Sequence record: MN850615.1
Length of the DNA: 64,000 nt
Origin: Escherichia phage kvi
Reading direction: 5' to 3' (one strand)
Position 1 is the stretch's first letter. Each line of letters opens with the position of its first letter. The notes under the pieces were generated by a model. That model was not told the origin of the DNA and searched no databases. It saw only the letters and a list, made by a program, of their open reading frames with translations. This document shows, one piece after another, positions 17,675-28,456 of this stretch. The position numbers were made by a program, and so were the translations under genes.

Positions 17675-18052
17675 TCATAGAATAATCTCTTTCAGTAAGT
17701 CAACAATCTGGTCTTTCGTCAGTTTATCCTGATTCTCTACAATCTTGATAACACAAGCATTAACATCTTTTCGAGTCACGCGGGAGATCGTTTTAATACG
17801 ATGAAACGGTTCGTAGAAATATACTGCTTCATTATAGAGCGCAGCAATTTTTCGACGCATTTGATCTTTATCTGACAAGAAAACAAGTGCTGTTTTATGA
17901 CCTTCTACACCCGCCACGTTATATAGTTCAGCAACACCCCAGCGACCTTCCGGTTCAATCATTCCGGCGTGTTTACCGTCGATAAAAATAAGAATATCTC
18001 CGTTGAATGCGGTTTTGAATGCTACATCTTCCGGCGTAATCATATTTTTCAT
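17675..18052 (-). CDS. hypothetical protein (125 aa)
   Basis: track ORF. Confidence 0.5.
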   Translation of the reverse strand: MKNMITPEDVAFKTAFNGDILIFIDGKHAGMIEPEGRWGVAELYNVAGVEGHKTALVFLSDKDQMRRKIAALYNEAVYFYEPFHRIKTISRVTRKDVNACVIKIVENQDKLTKDQIVDLLKEIIL

Positions 18053-18082
18053 AATATCGTCTCCTTAGAGTTTCATTATAGA

Positions 18083-18718
18083 TCAAGCGAATGTAGAAAG
18101 CAAACGTTTTGTTTCTTTCAGTTGTCGTTCAAGATCTTTGCGTTTCTCTTTAAGTTGCATTTTAGCATTATTTCGCTCTCTTGTAACCTCTTTATCAATG
18201 CTCTTATTCCAGTTATCAATATCAGAATAAGTTGGCATACCCAATTCTAGACCTAATGCGGTTGGATACAGGGTAACAGTCCATAAACCGCTAATCTTCT
18301 TAAATAGGTCGGGGTGTAGTGTACTATCTACATCTTCCGGTGTCAACTCTTTTTCTTCTTTCAGTGGTGGGATCTCGTCATATGGTTCCAGTGCATTTAC
18401 TTTAATATCAGATACCTCATCAAAGAATCCGCGTACATCCGCAGGAAATACACAAGCAATTTCCCAACCGTGATCACGCAGAGAAGTAATATTTTTCACT
18501 CCCCCACCATGTGTGATGATTGATGTGACATTGCCATCAAGGTCCACCGAATTTACGAGAAATGGCTTATCGTCTGTCAGATCATTATAAAACTGTGCTT
18601 CGGCTGTAGTCATCTCCAGAAACAGATCTCGGATCGGACGACCATCAGGTGCGTTACCTTCCTTGAGAGTATAAAAGCGACTTACGATCCATTTTGGCGG
18701 TAAAGCATTAGCGATCAT
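18083..18718 (-). CDS. hypothetical protein (211 aa)
   Basis: track ORF. Confidence 0.5.
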   Translation of the reverse strand: MIANALPPKWIVSRFYTLKEGNAPDGRPIRDLFLEMTTAEAQFYNDLTDDKPFLVNSVDLDGNVTSIITHGGGVKNITSLRDHGWEIACVFPADVRGFFDEVSDIKVNALEPYDEIPPLKEEKELTPEDVDSTLHPDLFKKISGLWTVTLYPTALGLELGMPTYSDIDNWNKSIDKEVTRERNNAKMQLKEKRKDLERQLKETKRLLSTFA

Positions 18719-18768
18719 GTTATATCTCCTATCAAATCATTCACCAGCGCCCCGTAGGGCGCATTTTA

Positions 18769-20181
18769 TTAGAAAGTCATGTTATTTGCTAGCTCGTCGA
18801 GTTTTTCTCGTTTCTCGGCTTGCTGTGCGCTTTGTGGTTTAACTTGTGCATTCTCCTGATCTGCGATCTGGTTTGGGACTTCATACCAACGCTGATTGCC
18901 TTTTTTCACACCAACGTTAAACCGTGAATAATAGTTCTTATCACCGTAACGAGACTTGATCTGCTTCATGAGTTGGACGCCCATTTTAGCCAGGTCTTCG
19001 GTTTCGATAACACCCAACATAAAGTCGGCAGTAGCCGGAAGACCTGCTGATTCAGCGGTATCACTCATGTTAAGGTCGGAAGCATCCCAACCAGCACGGG
19101 TAGTTTGTGCCGCAGTCCAACCAACAACATCCCACTTAACAAAAAATCCGCGAAGTTCTTCCGCAATCGCTTTAACGAGAGTGTAGCTATTCTCAGAGTA
19201 TACACGCAAGCGAGACGATGCGCAAATCCCCAGATAGTCAACAATCACAACATCAGGTTTAAACTGTTTCTTGAGTCGCAATTCATTCATTAACGCCTCA
19301 AAGTGATTGGAGTTCGCGCCACCAGTCGGATACTGCTTGATCATCAATTTTCCAACCGGACGATCTCCGATCTTCTTATTCTTAACACGCTTCATACGTG
19401 CGGAATATTCCGCAAAAGAAACATTACCATTATCCAATTCATCTAATGTAATGTCAAGCAAGTTTGCGTCGATACGTTTGGCTACGACATGCTCTGCCAT
19501 CTCCATTGAGATATACAATACATCATAACCACATTCCATATAATCCGCAGCAAGAGAACATAATCCAAGCGATTTACCAACATTTACACCAGCAAGCAAC
19601 ACATTTAGCGTTTTTCTTTCCGCACCTCCTTTCGTGATTTTATTCAACATCGGCAGCTTAAACGGGATCTTATTCGCCTTAGTCTGATATAGCAAGAATC
19701 GTTTTTCAAAGTCATTAAACCAGTCATGACCTACATCAGAATCAAACGTAATGGATAGTGCTTCCTGCATGATCTCAGGAATAGCACCCTCACTCGGCAA
19801 TTTCTTATTCTGTTTCTCTTTTGGTAGTTGTGCGTTCGCCTGAATCTCTAGCGCCCGTGACATTGCATTATACATGGCACGGTCACGAATAAATTTTTCG
19901 GTTTCCTTCATTAACCAATCAAGGTCTTCCGGTGTATTCTCAAGCGAATCAAGAAGAGTTTTAGCCCCTTCATATGTTGTCTGATTGCCTCTCTCCTTGT
20001 CTAAAGCAATCTGTAATGCAGTTGGCGTAGGAATGTTGGAATATTCGTCTACGTGCTTTTTAATCAGCTTATAAATCAGTTTTTCTTCGTCTTCGGTGAA
20101 GTAGTCCGCTTTAAGGTGAGGCCATACATTCGTAAAGAATGCGCCATTGTAAATCAACTGTGAAAAGATAGTTTTAATCAT
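18769..20181 (-). CDS. 41: replicative DNA helicase (DnaB-like)
   Basis: 470 aa; Walker A ..GVNVGKS.., DnaB-family architecture. Confidence 0.9.
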   Translation of the reverse strand: MIKTIFSQLIYNGAFFTNVWPHLKADYFTEDEEKLIYKLIKKHVDEYSNIPTPTALQIALDKERGNQTTYEGAKTLLDSLENTPEDLDWLMKETEKFIRDRAMYNAMSRALEIQANAQLPKEKQNKKLPSEGAIPEIMQEALSITFDSDVGHDWFNDFEKRFLLYQTKANKIPFKLPMLNKITKGGAERKTLNVLLAGVNVGKSLGLCSLAADYMECGYDVLYISMEMAEHVVAKRIDANLLDITLDELDNGNVSFAEYSARMKRVKNKKIGDRPVGKLMIKQYPTGGANSNHFEALMNELRLKKQFKPDVVIVDYLGICASSRLRVYSENSYTLVKAIAEELRGFFVKWDVVGWTAAQTTRAGWDASDLNMSDTAESAGLPATADFMLGVIETEDLAKMGVQLMKQIKSRYGDKNYYSRFNVGVKKGNQRWYEVPNQIADQENAQVKPQSAQQAEKREKLDELANNMTF

Positions 20182-20495
20182 ACATAGCCCCCAACTACAC
20201 GCATAACAAAGGTCTTGAGTTTATACCAGAAAGTTTCTTTTTTCAACTTTTCTTCTGCTTCTTTGATCTGCGCGGTTAACGCCTTAATGACGTGTGGATA
20301 TACCACATCACGATCTGACGGCGTGGAGTAGTCGACCACAATACCTTTAGTGTCTGGATCGTATTCAACATTATGAATATAGACAATATGATGTTCTCCC
20401 TCTTCATCAACAATTATCAGTTCCTGAATAACTGTCTTCATTGCTTCTTGAATCAAGCCGTGTGCTTCTTCTAAACTTGTTGGTTTCTTATCCAT
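20178..20495 (-). CDS. hypothetical protein (105 aa); occupies the gene-40 position between uvsX and 41
   Basis: track ORF; positional only. Confidence 0.5.
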   Translation of the reverse strand: MDKKPTSLEEAHGLIQEAMKTVIQELIIVDEEGEHHIVYIHNVEYDPDTKGIVVDYSTPSDRDVVYPHVIKALTAQIKEAEEKLKKETFWYKLKTFVMRVVGGYV

Positions 20496-20520
20496 AATAT
20501 AATCCTCTCTAGATATGAAA

Positions 20521-20545
20521 AAGGGGCACGTAGCCCCTTTACTAC
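20521..20545 (-). terminator. rho-independent terminator after uvsX
   Basis: hairpin aggggctacgtgcccct followed by T-run on minus strand. Confidence 0.55.
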
Positions 20546-20550
20546 CATTG

Positions 20551-21621
20551 TTATGCTAACATATCTTCGATTTCTTTGTCAACTGCTTCGTCGCTGATCA
20601 CTTGCCCCAGCTTATAATGATCGTTGATTGCTTCGTTAAACTTATCGTTTGTCAGAAGTGGTTTCCAGAACTCAATGCTATTGGTTTCTTTAGCACGGAA
20701 CTTGCGTTCTTCGGTTTCCATCTCTCCGGTCTCGGTATTTAGGATTGAACGAGAATACCAGCCGTTTGACGGTTTCACTACCCAGCCTAACTCTACAGCC
20801 AATTCCAGCAACCCGGAATAAGGATCGATACCACCGCTAAATGTTACGCTAATCGGGAACTTAGATTTTTCTTTAACGGTTCGTGATTTTTCCGCATTCA
20901 GGATAAAATCATAACCAGTAATTTCGGTTCCTTCTTTCTGCTGACGACGACCAATAATGAAAACTTCATTGGCTGAATACATCGCGCCCGTACCGCCGGA
21001 CATAACGGTCTTACTAAACATTTCTTGCGTTTCGTAAGTGTGGTTAATAGCGATGCACGGGATATCATTCATAGTCAGATACGGCGTAACCATACGGAAC
21101 AAGCCTTTAAGTGCTTTAGCTCGCGTCATATCCTGCGCTGATTTCTCATTAATCGCGTCTTCAACTTCTTTTTTGCTTGCTAAGTTACCGATTGAGTCAA
21201 TAAAGATGATCACTTTATCTTCACGGGTAATTTGCTCAAGCTGGTTCATGATTTCAAATTTCAGTTCTTCGATGTTCTTGATTGGAACATGCACCACGCG
21301 ATCAGGATCTACACCCATAGATTCAAGATAAGCGGACGTAATACCAAACTCAGAATCAAAGAACAAGCACGCCGCATCAGGATTCTGTTTCATGTATGCA
21401 CTAACGCAAGTTAATCCCATGTTTGATTTAAAGTGCTTAGACGGACCAGCAAAGAAAATCAGACCAGATTGAAAGCCTTTTTTAAGATCACCTGAAAACG
21501 CAATATTCAGCATCGGGATCTTAGTGCGAGTATTTGTTTTTTCGTTAAAGAAGCTGGATTTAGACAGTACCGCAGTAGTTTTCAGGGTAGAGTTCTTTTT
21601 CAGTTTTTCCAGTACAGACAT
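20551..21621 (-). CDS. uvsX: RecA-like recombinase
   Basis: 356 aa; ..FAGPSKHFKSN.. Walker A and extended match to T4 UvsX as recalled. Confidence 0.9.
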   Translation of the reverse strand: MSVLEKLKKNSTLKTTAVLSKSSFFNEKTNTRTKIPMLNIAFSGDLKKGFQSGLIFFAGPSKHFKSNMGLTCVSAYMKQNPDAACLFFDSEFGITSAYLESMGVDPDRVVHVPIKNIEELKFEIMNQLEQITREDKVIIFIDSIGNLASKKEVEDAINEKSAQDMTRAKALKGLFRMVTPYLTMNDIPCIAINHTYETQEMFSKTVMSGGTGAMYSANEVFIIGRRQQKEGTEITGYDFILNAEKSRTVKEKSKFPISVTFSGGIDPYSGLLELAVELGWVVKPSNGWYSRSILNTETGEMETEERKFRAKETNSIEFWKPLLTNDKFNEAINDHYKLGQVISDEAVDKEIEDMLA

Positions 21622-21632
21622 TATTAATACCT

Positions 21633-21860
21633 CTATTCAGTTAATCCGTAATACTTTAATTGCTTCATTGTTATTCGATCTTTGTAGTGCTCTTGAATTA
21701 ACTTTTTCATCGCATCAACATCGATCGTCACAAATACTTCGTTGCTGTGATTTCCGTGAACTTTCTTGAAATGCTCTATGCCTTCCTCACGTTCACGTTT
21801 AATCTTTTCAATGTCTCTCATCGTATATTTCTCACGTTGGCGGGTATCGTCACCCAACAC
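21633..21860 (-). CDS. hypothetical protein (75 aa)
   Basis: track ORF. Confidence 0.45.
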   Translation of the reverse strand: MLGDDTRQREKYTMRDIEKIKREREEGIEHFKKVHGNHSNEVFVTIDVDAMKKLIQEHYKDRITMKQLKYYGLTE

Positions 21861-21882
21861 CCGCCATTATACACACTTTATC

Positions 21883-23359
21883 TTAAATGTCAAACAGGTC
21901 AGTCAGAGAAGCAACTTTCTCATATTGCAGCTTTGCAGCCGTGGTAATGTTCTCCAGTGGTTTGACGAAAGTCTTATTAAACAACAAAGGCCAGTCTAAC
22001 CACTTTAACACCTCTGATTCAATTTCTGGAGGAATACGAGTACCGGACAACCAACCAAAACAGATTTCTCCAAACGGATTTCGATCTTTCAGCGGTACAA
22101 TCATAACCTTCTCGCCCTCACGAATTGGATCTAGTCCGAATTTTCGAGCATTACGATTATAACACAATACACTCTTAACCGCATACGGACAACCCTTAAT
22201 CGGATACCCGTTTGAATCGCTGTATTTCTGTAGGTTGTTTGCAGATGATACCGCAGCAACCTCAAGATAATCAAGTTTTCTAAATTCTTGCTCAAAAATA
22301 CCGTAGTATTCCTGCAATGACTCTTCACCTTCCTGCAACATACGGCGAATACATTCTTTCAGTGATTTCTGACATGCTTTAGGGGTGGAGCTACGTTGCG
22401 TTTCCAAGCCCATGATTTTTAGCTTAGGTTCAGCAAAGCGCGTTCCTTCCATATCCCAAACATTAAGAGCATAACGCTTTTTGCCAGTCCAGAATCCACC
22501 GATACCCGCAGATTTCAACGGAGGACCAGCAATTGCCTCACGGTCCATAAACATCAAGTGCTCATAGTTGTTCATGTACTCGCATAACTCGCGATATCCC
22601 TTGTCGATAATAGGTTCCATTCGATGTTTACCGAAATTATCAAGGAAGTCAACAAGTTTTTCGGTATCGTCGAAACGGTCTTCCCCGCCAACCTTATCAA
22701 CAACATTGTTAACCAGCACATAAACGGAGTCAGTATCACAATAACGAACATATGCAAAATCGGTTGTTCCGCAAAGCTCGTTTAAGTATTCGTTAATCTT
22801 ACGCTCAATCCACTGAATTGCAAGCTGACCAAACAAGGTGATCGCACTAGCGTTACGGAGATCATAAAAACGGAATTTAGGATTCCCCAACGCACCATAA
22901 AGGGAGTTGATCAAAACTTTTCGAGAAAGCTGGTTTGTATTGCACAAGATCGACTCGTCTTTACATTCTTCCAGCAATTTCTCTAAGGCATCTTTACTTA
23001 ATTCAGAAAGCATCGATTTAAACGCTTCATCAAAGTCGTGACGTACTTCAACGCTATAGCTAATGGTTCCCCCATAAACATGATTTTCATCGTGTAGAAT
23101 CGCTTTACAGAGTTCAGCATTGCGATCACATGCCAACATCATGTTTTTGTACTGCTTACGCTGATCGAATACCTTTTTAATCTCAATCGGTACGATACCG
23201 TGAATATCTTTTCTATACATCCATCCGTTAGGAGAGCAAGAATACTCATCACTCGGACGTGGTGCAGTTTTATTGATATACTCGTGCATCGGTGCAGCAT
23301 CAAAAGATCCGGCGATTGTTTCCGGCGAAATGTTAACCTGACGGATGATTGATGGATAC
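21883..23359 (-). CDS. 43: DNA polymerase (family B), exon 2
   Basis: track ORF 21883..23289 extends upstream in frame to 23359 (..YPSIIRQVNISPETI..), continuing exon 1; exons together give about 892 aa. Confidence 0.85.
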
Positions 23360-23499
23360 CATTATGTTCAGCGCGGTTCGCTACTCCCGCGCCCGTTCTC
23401 TTACGAACTGCTACATGTCACCATGTAGATCAGACTATATCACATTCTCATAGAGAATCCTGCCATTTCGAATCGCTTGATTCTACTCTACTCGGTTCG

Positions 23500-24324
23500 T
23501 TACCCTTTCGATAGTCGTTGAACAACTGCATCTTTAAGCTCATTTTGATCAAACGGTGTTCTCTTACAGTACCCGCTATAATTCTTAGCAAAAGGTTTCT
23601 TCTTACCAAAGATCTCTTTTCCTGAATTATGTGATTCAACAAGAAAATTCACCATTTCATCAAATGTGAAACTTGCAAATTTAGCATAAGTTTCATTACG
23701 TTTTGACATTATTTTACTCATAACTTCCGGTCGTTTAGACGCTGAATTTTCGCGTTTCTCGCCAGTATTAAATGATACCAACTCACCGGAAACATATCTA
23801 GGATCATCACAACTAACTCTAAACCGATTTCCTTCCTTATCCTTAACGATAACAGTATTCTTTAGCTTTTCTGCCATAGAATCAAGACCTTTTCGTATAG
23901 TGTCCTCATCAGCCCCGAAATATTTCTTTCCGCTCATATCGGTTCTGGCTTTTCCGGTCTTGTTTTCGGATATTTTCAGTCTAACTTCCTCTCGCTTGGC
24001 TGGGTTATTGTCTCCAGCGAATGCATCTTTGGTTAACGCCTTCACTTTATCGTCATAAGATCCTCTAGAGATGAAAGCATATGCTCTCTTGCATTCACCG
24101 TTATTGAATATTAAGCACAATAACCGATGCGCCTCGACGTGGTCTTCAAACTTAAGCCTAACAAGATTCCATTTATCTAACCGATATTCAGGGAACATTG
24201 ACTTCGGGCATATATGATGCACCTCGGAATATTCTTCACCCTGATACGGATTAGACACCAGTTTAATGTAGTCGTTTAATGCTTCCTCGTTATGTATTTC
24301 GTACTTTCTTAAAATGTCTTTCAT
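23500..24324 (-). CDS. intron-encoded HNH homing endonuclease (274 aa from MKDIL...)
   Basis: HNH motif ..EVHHICPKS..WNLV..H..H; GGAGG SD before ATG at 24324; TATAAATA upstream. Confidence 0.8.
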   Translation of the reverse strand: MKDILRKYEIHNEEALNDYIKLVSNPYQGEEYSEVHHICPKSMFPEYRLDKWNLVRLKFEDHVEAHRLLCLIFNNGECKRAYAFISRGSYDDKVKALTKDAFAGDNNPAKREEVRLKISENKTGKARTDMSGKKYFGADEDTIRKGLDSMAEKLKNTVIVKDKEGNRFRVSCDDPRYVSGELVSFNTGEKRENSASKRPEVMSKIMSKRNETYAKFASFTFDEMVNFLVESHNSGKEIFGKKKPFAKNYSGYCKRTPFDQNELKDAVVQRLSKG

Positions 24325-24347
24325 CTCGCGCCTCCAATGTATATCAA

Positions 24348-24355
24348 TATTTATA
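24348..24355 (-). promoter_or_regulatory. T4-type late promoter motif TATAAATA upstream of the intron ORF
   Basis: rc of 24348..24355 is TATAAATA, about 24 nt upstream of the HNH start codon. Confidence 0.55.
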
Positions 24356-24473
24356 TACATTATAAGACACGTTAGCTCAAAATGCAACTGCTGCTGATTG
24401 TCTCCTTAGAGATTTCCCAGCAATTAAGCAGGTTATTCGATCACTGTCACCAGTGAAAGCCCCATATCAGTTT

Positions 24474-25675
24474 AGGGAAGTAAGGTCAAAGCTCATCATC
24501 CAACGGTAAGCATTCGGCACAGGTTCTTTTACGAATGCGCCTGGATACGTCTGCTTAGGCTGTATCTTATTTTCCGGTACTACTTTACCCTCAGCTTTCA
24601 GAGATCCGAAGATAATAGCATCCCATACTTTCATCGGGTTATAAACATGGTTAAATTTAATCTTTGCATAGAAACATAGACTATACACCAGATCGATAAA
24701 TCCACGCTTTTTATCAATCGCCAGCACACGATCAACGTCGCCGATGTTATAATCGATGTAAAGTTGATGGTTGTCATCACGCAATTTCTTTAACGGACCA
24801 TCATAATCAACCTTACCGATTCCTGTCTCATATTCAGCAACATAATCTAACGCATATGTTGGTTGAGTCGTAAAGCTAAATTTCTTGTATAGGTCAATAT
24901 AATCAAGGCTTTCGATCCCCATGATCGTAAATGCTTCACGCTCGTTGCCAAAATCATCCTGTGAGATTCGGGATTTAATCTTACCGCACGGGCTTAGACG
25001 GTTAGCGGTTCTACTTCCGAACTTATTACTGATACGTTTAATGATATATGGAATATCGAATGTTTCTGTGTTCCAGCCAGTGAAACCAACGGGTCGGTTT
25101 TCCTCAAAGAATCGGATGTATTCTAACAGCAATTCATCTTCTGTGTCATAGACGTTATAAACAACGCGCTCTACAATATCAGGTCGAAGAATAGACTTGC
25201 TAGATTCCCAGATTTCACCGTTTTTTCCTTTCAAATCAAATACAAAGAAACGATCATGTACGGAATCATAATGCGTAATTGCATCGATAGGATATTTCGC
25301 TTCTTCTGGTTTAGGAAATTCTGGGGCAGTGACCTCGATATCAACCCATGCTACACGGATTTTATTTCGGTCATATCGAATCTCTCCTTTATACGTATCA
25401 GACAGATAGGAGATGATAAAATCATCCATCCCTAGCGCCTCTTGCCCCATTTCTCCCATCTTTTTACGCCATTTGTTGGCCTCGTTCATAGAGGGGAATT
25501 TTTTAGCAATGCAAGGCTTGCCATAGATATCTTTATAATTCGTAACCATACCAGGCGCGGCATGATGAAATAAAGTTGGCGTATATTCAACGTAACGCTC
25601 TTGTTCTTGTCCAGCATCATCAATATAACGCTCGTAGATCTTATCACCTACTCGCTCACATGACAGAAAATACAT
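24474..25675 (-). CDS. 43: DNA polymerase (family B), exon 1
   Basis: 3'-5' exo motifs (..VAWVDIEV.., ..YNIGDVD..); ATG at 25675 with AAGGAG SD; in-frame TGA lies 7 nt inside the intron. Confidence 0.85.
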
Positions 25676-25707
25676 AATATAAACTCCTTCACTTACGAAA
25701 GACACTC

Positions 25708-25736
25708 ATTATAGGGGAATCGACTTAGTTTGTCAA
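25708..25736 (-). promoter_or_regulatory. sigma70-type promoter upstream of gene 43 (TTGACA-N17-TATAAT)
   Basis: rc of 25731..25736 TTGACA; rc of 25708..25713 TATAAT; gggg/cccc flank the spacer. Confidence 0.55.
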
Positions 25737-25757
25737 TACCCCTATCCCATCAGTATC

Positions 25758-26120
25758 TTATCGCCCGATCTGATATTTCTCGATCAGCGTCCACTCTTCT
25801 TTCTGTTTGAAAGACAATACACGGAAATTATTAACTTCGGTAGTTTCAAAATCACTATCAATCAGGGTACACAGATTCCACTGCGCCAGAAGTTTTGCAA
25901 TGTTATTACGGCGTAATTCATCTTCCCACGTCATTTTAACACTACGACCATCTAATTTCAACAACTCCTTGAAATGAACGATGTAATAGCGCCCTTTCTT
26001 CTGGAGAATATGACAAGACTGATACAGTGTCTTGTCTCGATTGTTGGCAATGCCGCAGCGGGTTAAAGTTTCCTTAATTTTAAGGAAGTTTTCAGGACTA
26101 ATCAAATTAATTTCAATCAT
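25758..26120 (-). CDS. regA: translational repressor RegA
   Basis: 120 aa; ..LYQSCHILQKKGRYYIVHFKE.. and C-terminus ..NNFRVLSFKQKEEW.. recall T4 RegA. Confidence 0.85.
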   Translation of the reverse strand: MIEINLISPENFLKIKETLTRCGIANNRDKTLYQSCHILQKKGRYYIVHFKELLKLDGRSVKMTWEDELRRNNIAKLLAQWNLCTLIDSDFETTEVNNFRVLSFKQKEEWTLIEKYQIGR

Positions 26121-26121
26121 T

Positions 26122-26700
26122 TTACCACCTTTCTATAATCTTTTTAAGTCGTTTCCTTTCTGTCTGATTCTTAGTAACACCCGCCAAAAGTTCATCGGTC
26201 GCATACGGTTTAATGTGCTTCAATAACTTGTCCATATATCCCTTTTCATTAGCCAAATCGAGATAAAACCGGGCGTCATCCATATTTACACAATATGCTT
26301 TCGCCACTGCCATTAAAACCAATTTTTGGTCCAATTCTTCTGTTAGTTTAGCCCATTTACCGTATCGTTTCCCCTTAGAAATACTCTGTAAGAGATAATC
26401 AAAATGCATTTGATCTGGGAGGCCATGACCGATTAAATTCATCACATACGCGCTATATAGGCAATCTGCGTGCTGGGAAAGAGCGGTGTTAATCCATCTC
26501 TGGTTATATGCAGAATTGTTTCCCACATTAACGCGCTGTTTATCTAAGGTGATATGATCCATCAGAGCAAATAATGCATTGTCGGTTTTCTCGGTGAATG
26601 TATCCGCTAATTCAGACACCTTTTCCCAATCACGAGAGCGCCATGCAATTTCATGCTCGTTTAATTGTGTATCATCTTCACCGAAAAATTGACCTAACAT
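26122..26700 (-). CDS. 62: clamp loader small subunit
   Basis: 192 aa; position between 44 and regA, 1-nt overlap with 44. Confidence 0.7.
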   Translation of the reverse strand: MLGQFFGEDDTQLNEHEIAWRSRDWEKVSELADTFTEKTDNALFALMDHITLDKQRVNVGNNSAYNQRWINTALSQHADCLYSAYVMNLIGHGLPDQMHFDYLLQSISKGKRYGKWAKLTEELDQKLVLMAVAKAYCVNMDDARFYLDLANEKGYMDKLLKHIKPYATDELLAGVTKNQTERKRLKKIIERW

Positions 26701-27674
26701 TATACGAACTCCAATTCAACCATTAATTGCATTAACAAAAAGACAATGTGAATCTCTTTATCAGCCGCGTGTGCAAACATCTGATTATTTTCACCGATAA
26801 TCTCGGTCAGACGTATAATCGACGCTGGCTTAACTTGAGTATACAACTCATTATAAAGTTTCTTGACAAATTGAGCGTATGTATTGGTATATCGCGGTGC
26901 AAGTTTACGCACATTAGCAAACTGTTTAGTTTTAAGTGCTTCCACCACATCGGTTACTTCGGTATTGCTACTTTCTATAACCATGCTCAATACGCCAGCA
27001 TCAATTTTACCATGTTTAGCGTAGCGGTCCAAAAGTTTCATTACGCGTCGGAAGTCTGGGAAGTTCTGCTTAACCAGTTCCGCTAATACGCGCATTTCTT
27101 CGACTGGCACACCTTCTTTATCAAGAATTGCTTTACACCGGACGATCATTTCTTTCATCATGCGAAGCTGATCATCTTTAGTCGGAGATCCAAACGTGAT
27201 TGGATCAAATCGAGATCGTAACGCTGGGATAATACCTTCTAGATCGTTTGCTGTGATAATGAATGTTACATTGTTTGAGTATGCCTCAGAGAAACTACGC
27301 AAGTGTCTTTGAGCATCAGCTAGCCCCGCTCGGTCATACTCATCGATAATAACAACTTTGCCTTTTTCTCGTTTTTCTTCATCGAGTGATACACTCTGCG
27401 CAAAGCGTGTAATCTCATCTCGGATAAAATCAATCTTACAATCTGCGCCGTTAACAAACAGATAATCAACACCCACATCTTCGCAAAGCGCCTTAGCAAC
27501 GGTTGTTTTACCAGTACCCGGCGATGGGCTATGCAGAATCATTGAAGGGATTCGGCCTTGCTTAACAATCTGCGCGAAGATCTTTTTATCTGCTTCCGGC
27601 AGAATACATTCAGAAATTGATTTCGGACGGTATTTCTGTTCCCACTGAAACTCATTTTCATTAACACTCAGCAT
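26700..27674 (-). CDS. 44: clamp loader large subunit (AAA+)
   Basis: Walker A SPSPGTGKTT, Walker B ..VIIDEYD..; track ORF trimmed to ATG 27674. Confidence 0.9.
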   Translation of the reverse strand: MLSVNENEFQWEQKYRPKSISECILPEADKKIFAQIVKQGRIPSMILHSPSPGTGKTTVAKALCEDVGVDYLFVNGADCKIDFIRDEITRFAQSVSLDEEKREKGKVVIIDEYDRAGLADAQRHLRSFSEAYSNNVTFIITANDLEGIIPALRSRFDPITFGSPTKDDQLRMMKEMIVRCKAILDKEGVPVEEMRVLAELVKQNFPDFRRVMKLLDRYAKHGKIDAGVLSMVIESSNTEVTDVVEALKTKQFANVRKLAPRYTNTYAQFVKKLYNELYTQVKPASIIRLTEIIGENNQMFAHAADKEIHIVFLLMQLMVELEFV

Positions 27675-27739
27675 ATAATCACCTCTCACAAATTACATCA
27701 TTAAAACGGGGAGTATTTATACTCCCCACAAACATTATA

Positions 27740-28429
27740 TTAGTCGGTGTAGCTGGAGTCAAGGTCACACGCGATCATATAAGATACGGTTTCACTTGCC
27801 AGCCATACAGCCTTACGGCGAGTGAAGCTCAGTTTGTAATCGCCGAAGTCAGTAGCAACCAGTTTCATGTTATCTTTACGAATAAAGAAATGGAAGTCTG
27901 CGGTTCCGGTATATTCGCCCATATCAAGACAAAACATCTCATTAGGATTATTTTTGTCAATCTCTTCCCAACCTTTGATCATCAGACGACCATCAATCGG
28001 AAGAAATTCAAGGCGATCCACTTTAAGCTGATTGCTCATTTTCATAAGCTGTTTCAGATCGTCGTTGCTCAGTTCGTAATCTACATCGCTTGCAGGTGGA
28101 GTAACTCGGCCTTTCGGTGATACGATAGCAGCAGCACTAGCACCAGGGTAATTAATTTTCAGACGATCATTAGACACACGAATGTTTCCGGTGCGGTCAT
28201 CAACCGTAATATCTGCTTCATCGCCTACCAGATTCAGAATACCCAGGAAAGAGTTAAGATCATAGATCCCGATTTCGTGTTCCAGTTCTTGATTCAGAGT
28301 CGCTTCACCATATACAACGTTTGTCATGTTTTTGGTGATTAGGACGTTTCCTTTTTTCAGGATGATACCTGGGTTAATAGCGGAAAAGTTTTTCATGGTA
28401 GCAATGGTTTCTTTAGTCAGTTTCATCAA
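27740..28429 (-). CDS. 45: sliding clamp
   Basis: 229 aa; N-terminus ..TIATMKNFSAINPGIILK.. recalls T4 gp45. Confidence 0.9.
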   Translation of the reverse strand: MMKLTKETIATMKNFSAINPGIILKKGNVLITKNMTNVVYGEATLNQELEHEIGIYDLNSFLGILNLVGDEADITVDDRTGNIRVSNDRLKINYPGASAAAIVSPKGRVTPPASDVDYELSNDDLKQLMKMSNQLKVDRLEFLPIDGRLMIKGWEEIDKNNPNEMFCLDMGEYTGTADFHFFIRKDNMKLVATDFGDYKLSFTRRKAVWLASETVSYMIACDLDSSYTD

Positions 28430-28456
28430 ATCACCTTTATCATGTTAATCAATTAA

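Larger units (their letters stand above)
23360..24473 (-). mobile_element. group I intron-like insertion in gene 43 carrying an HNH endonuclease ORF
   Basis: joining 24474 to 23359 restores ..FDLTSL|YPSIIRQ..; U before 5' junction, G before 3' junction; P-, Q- and S-like elements present. Confidence 0.8.
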
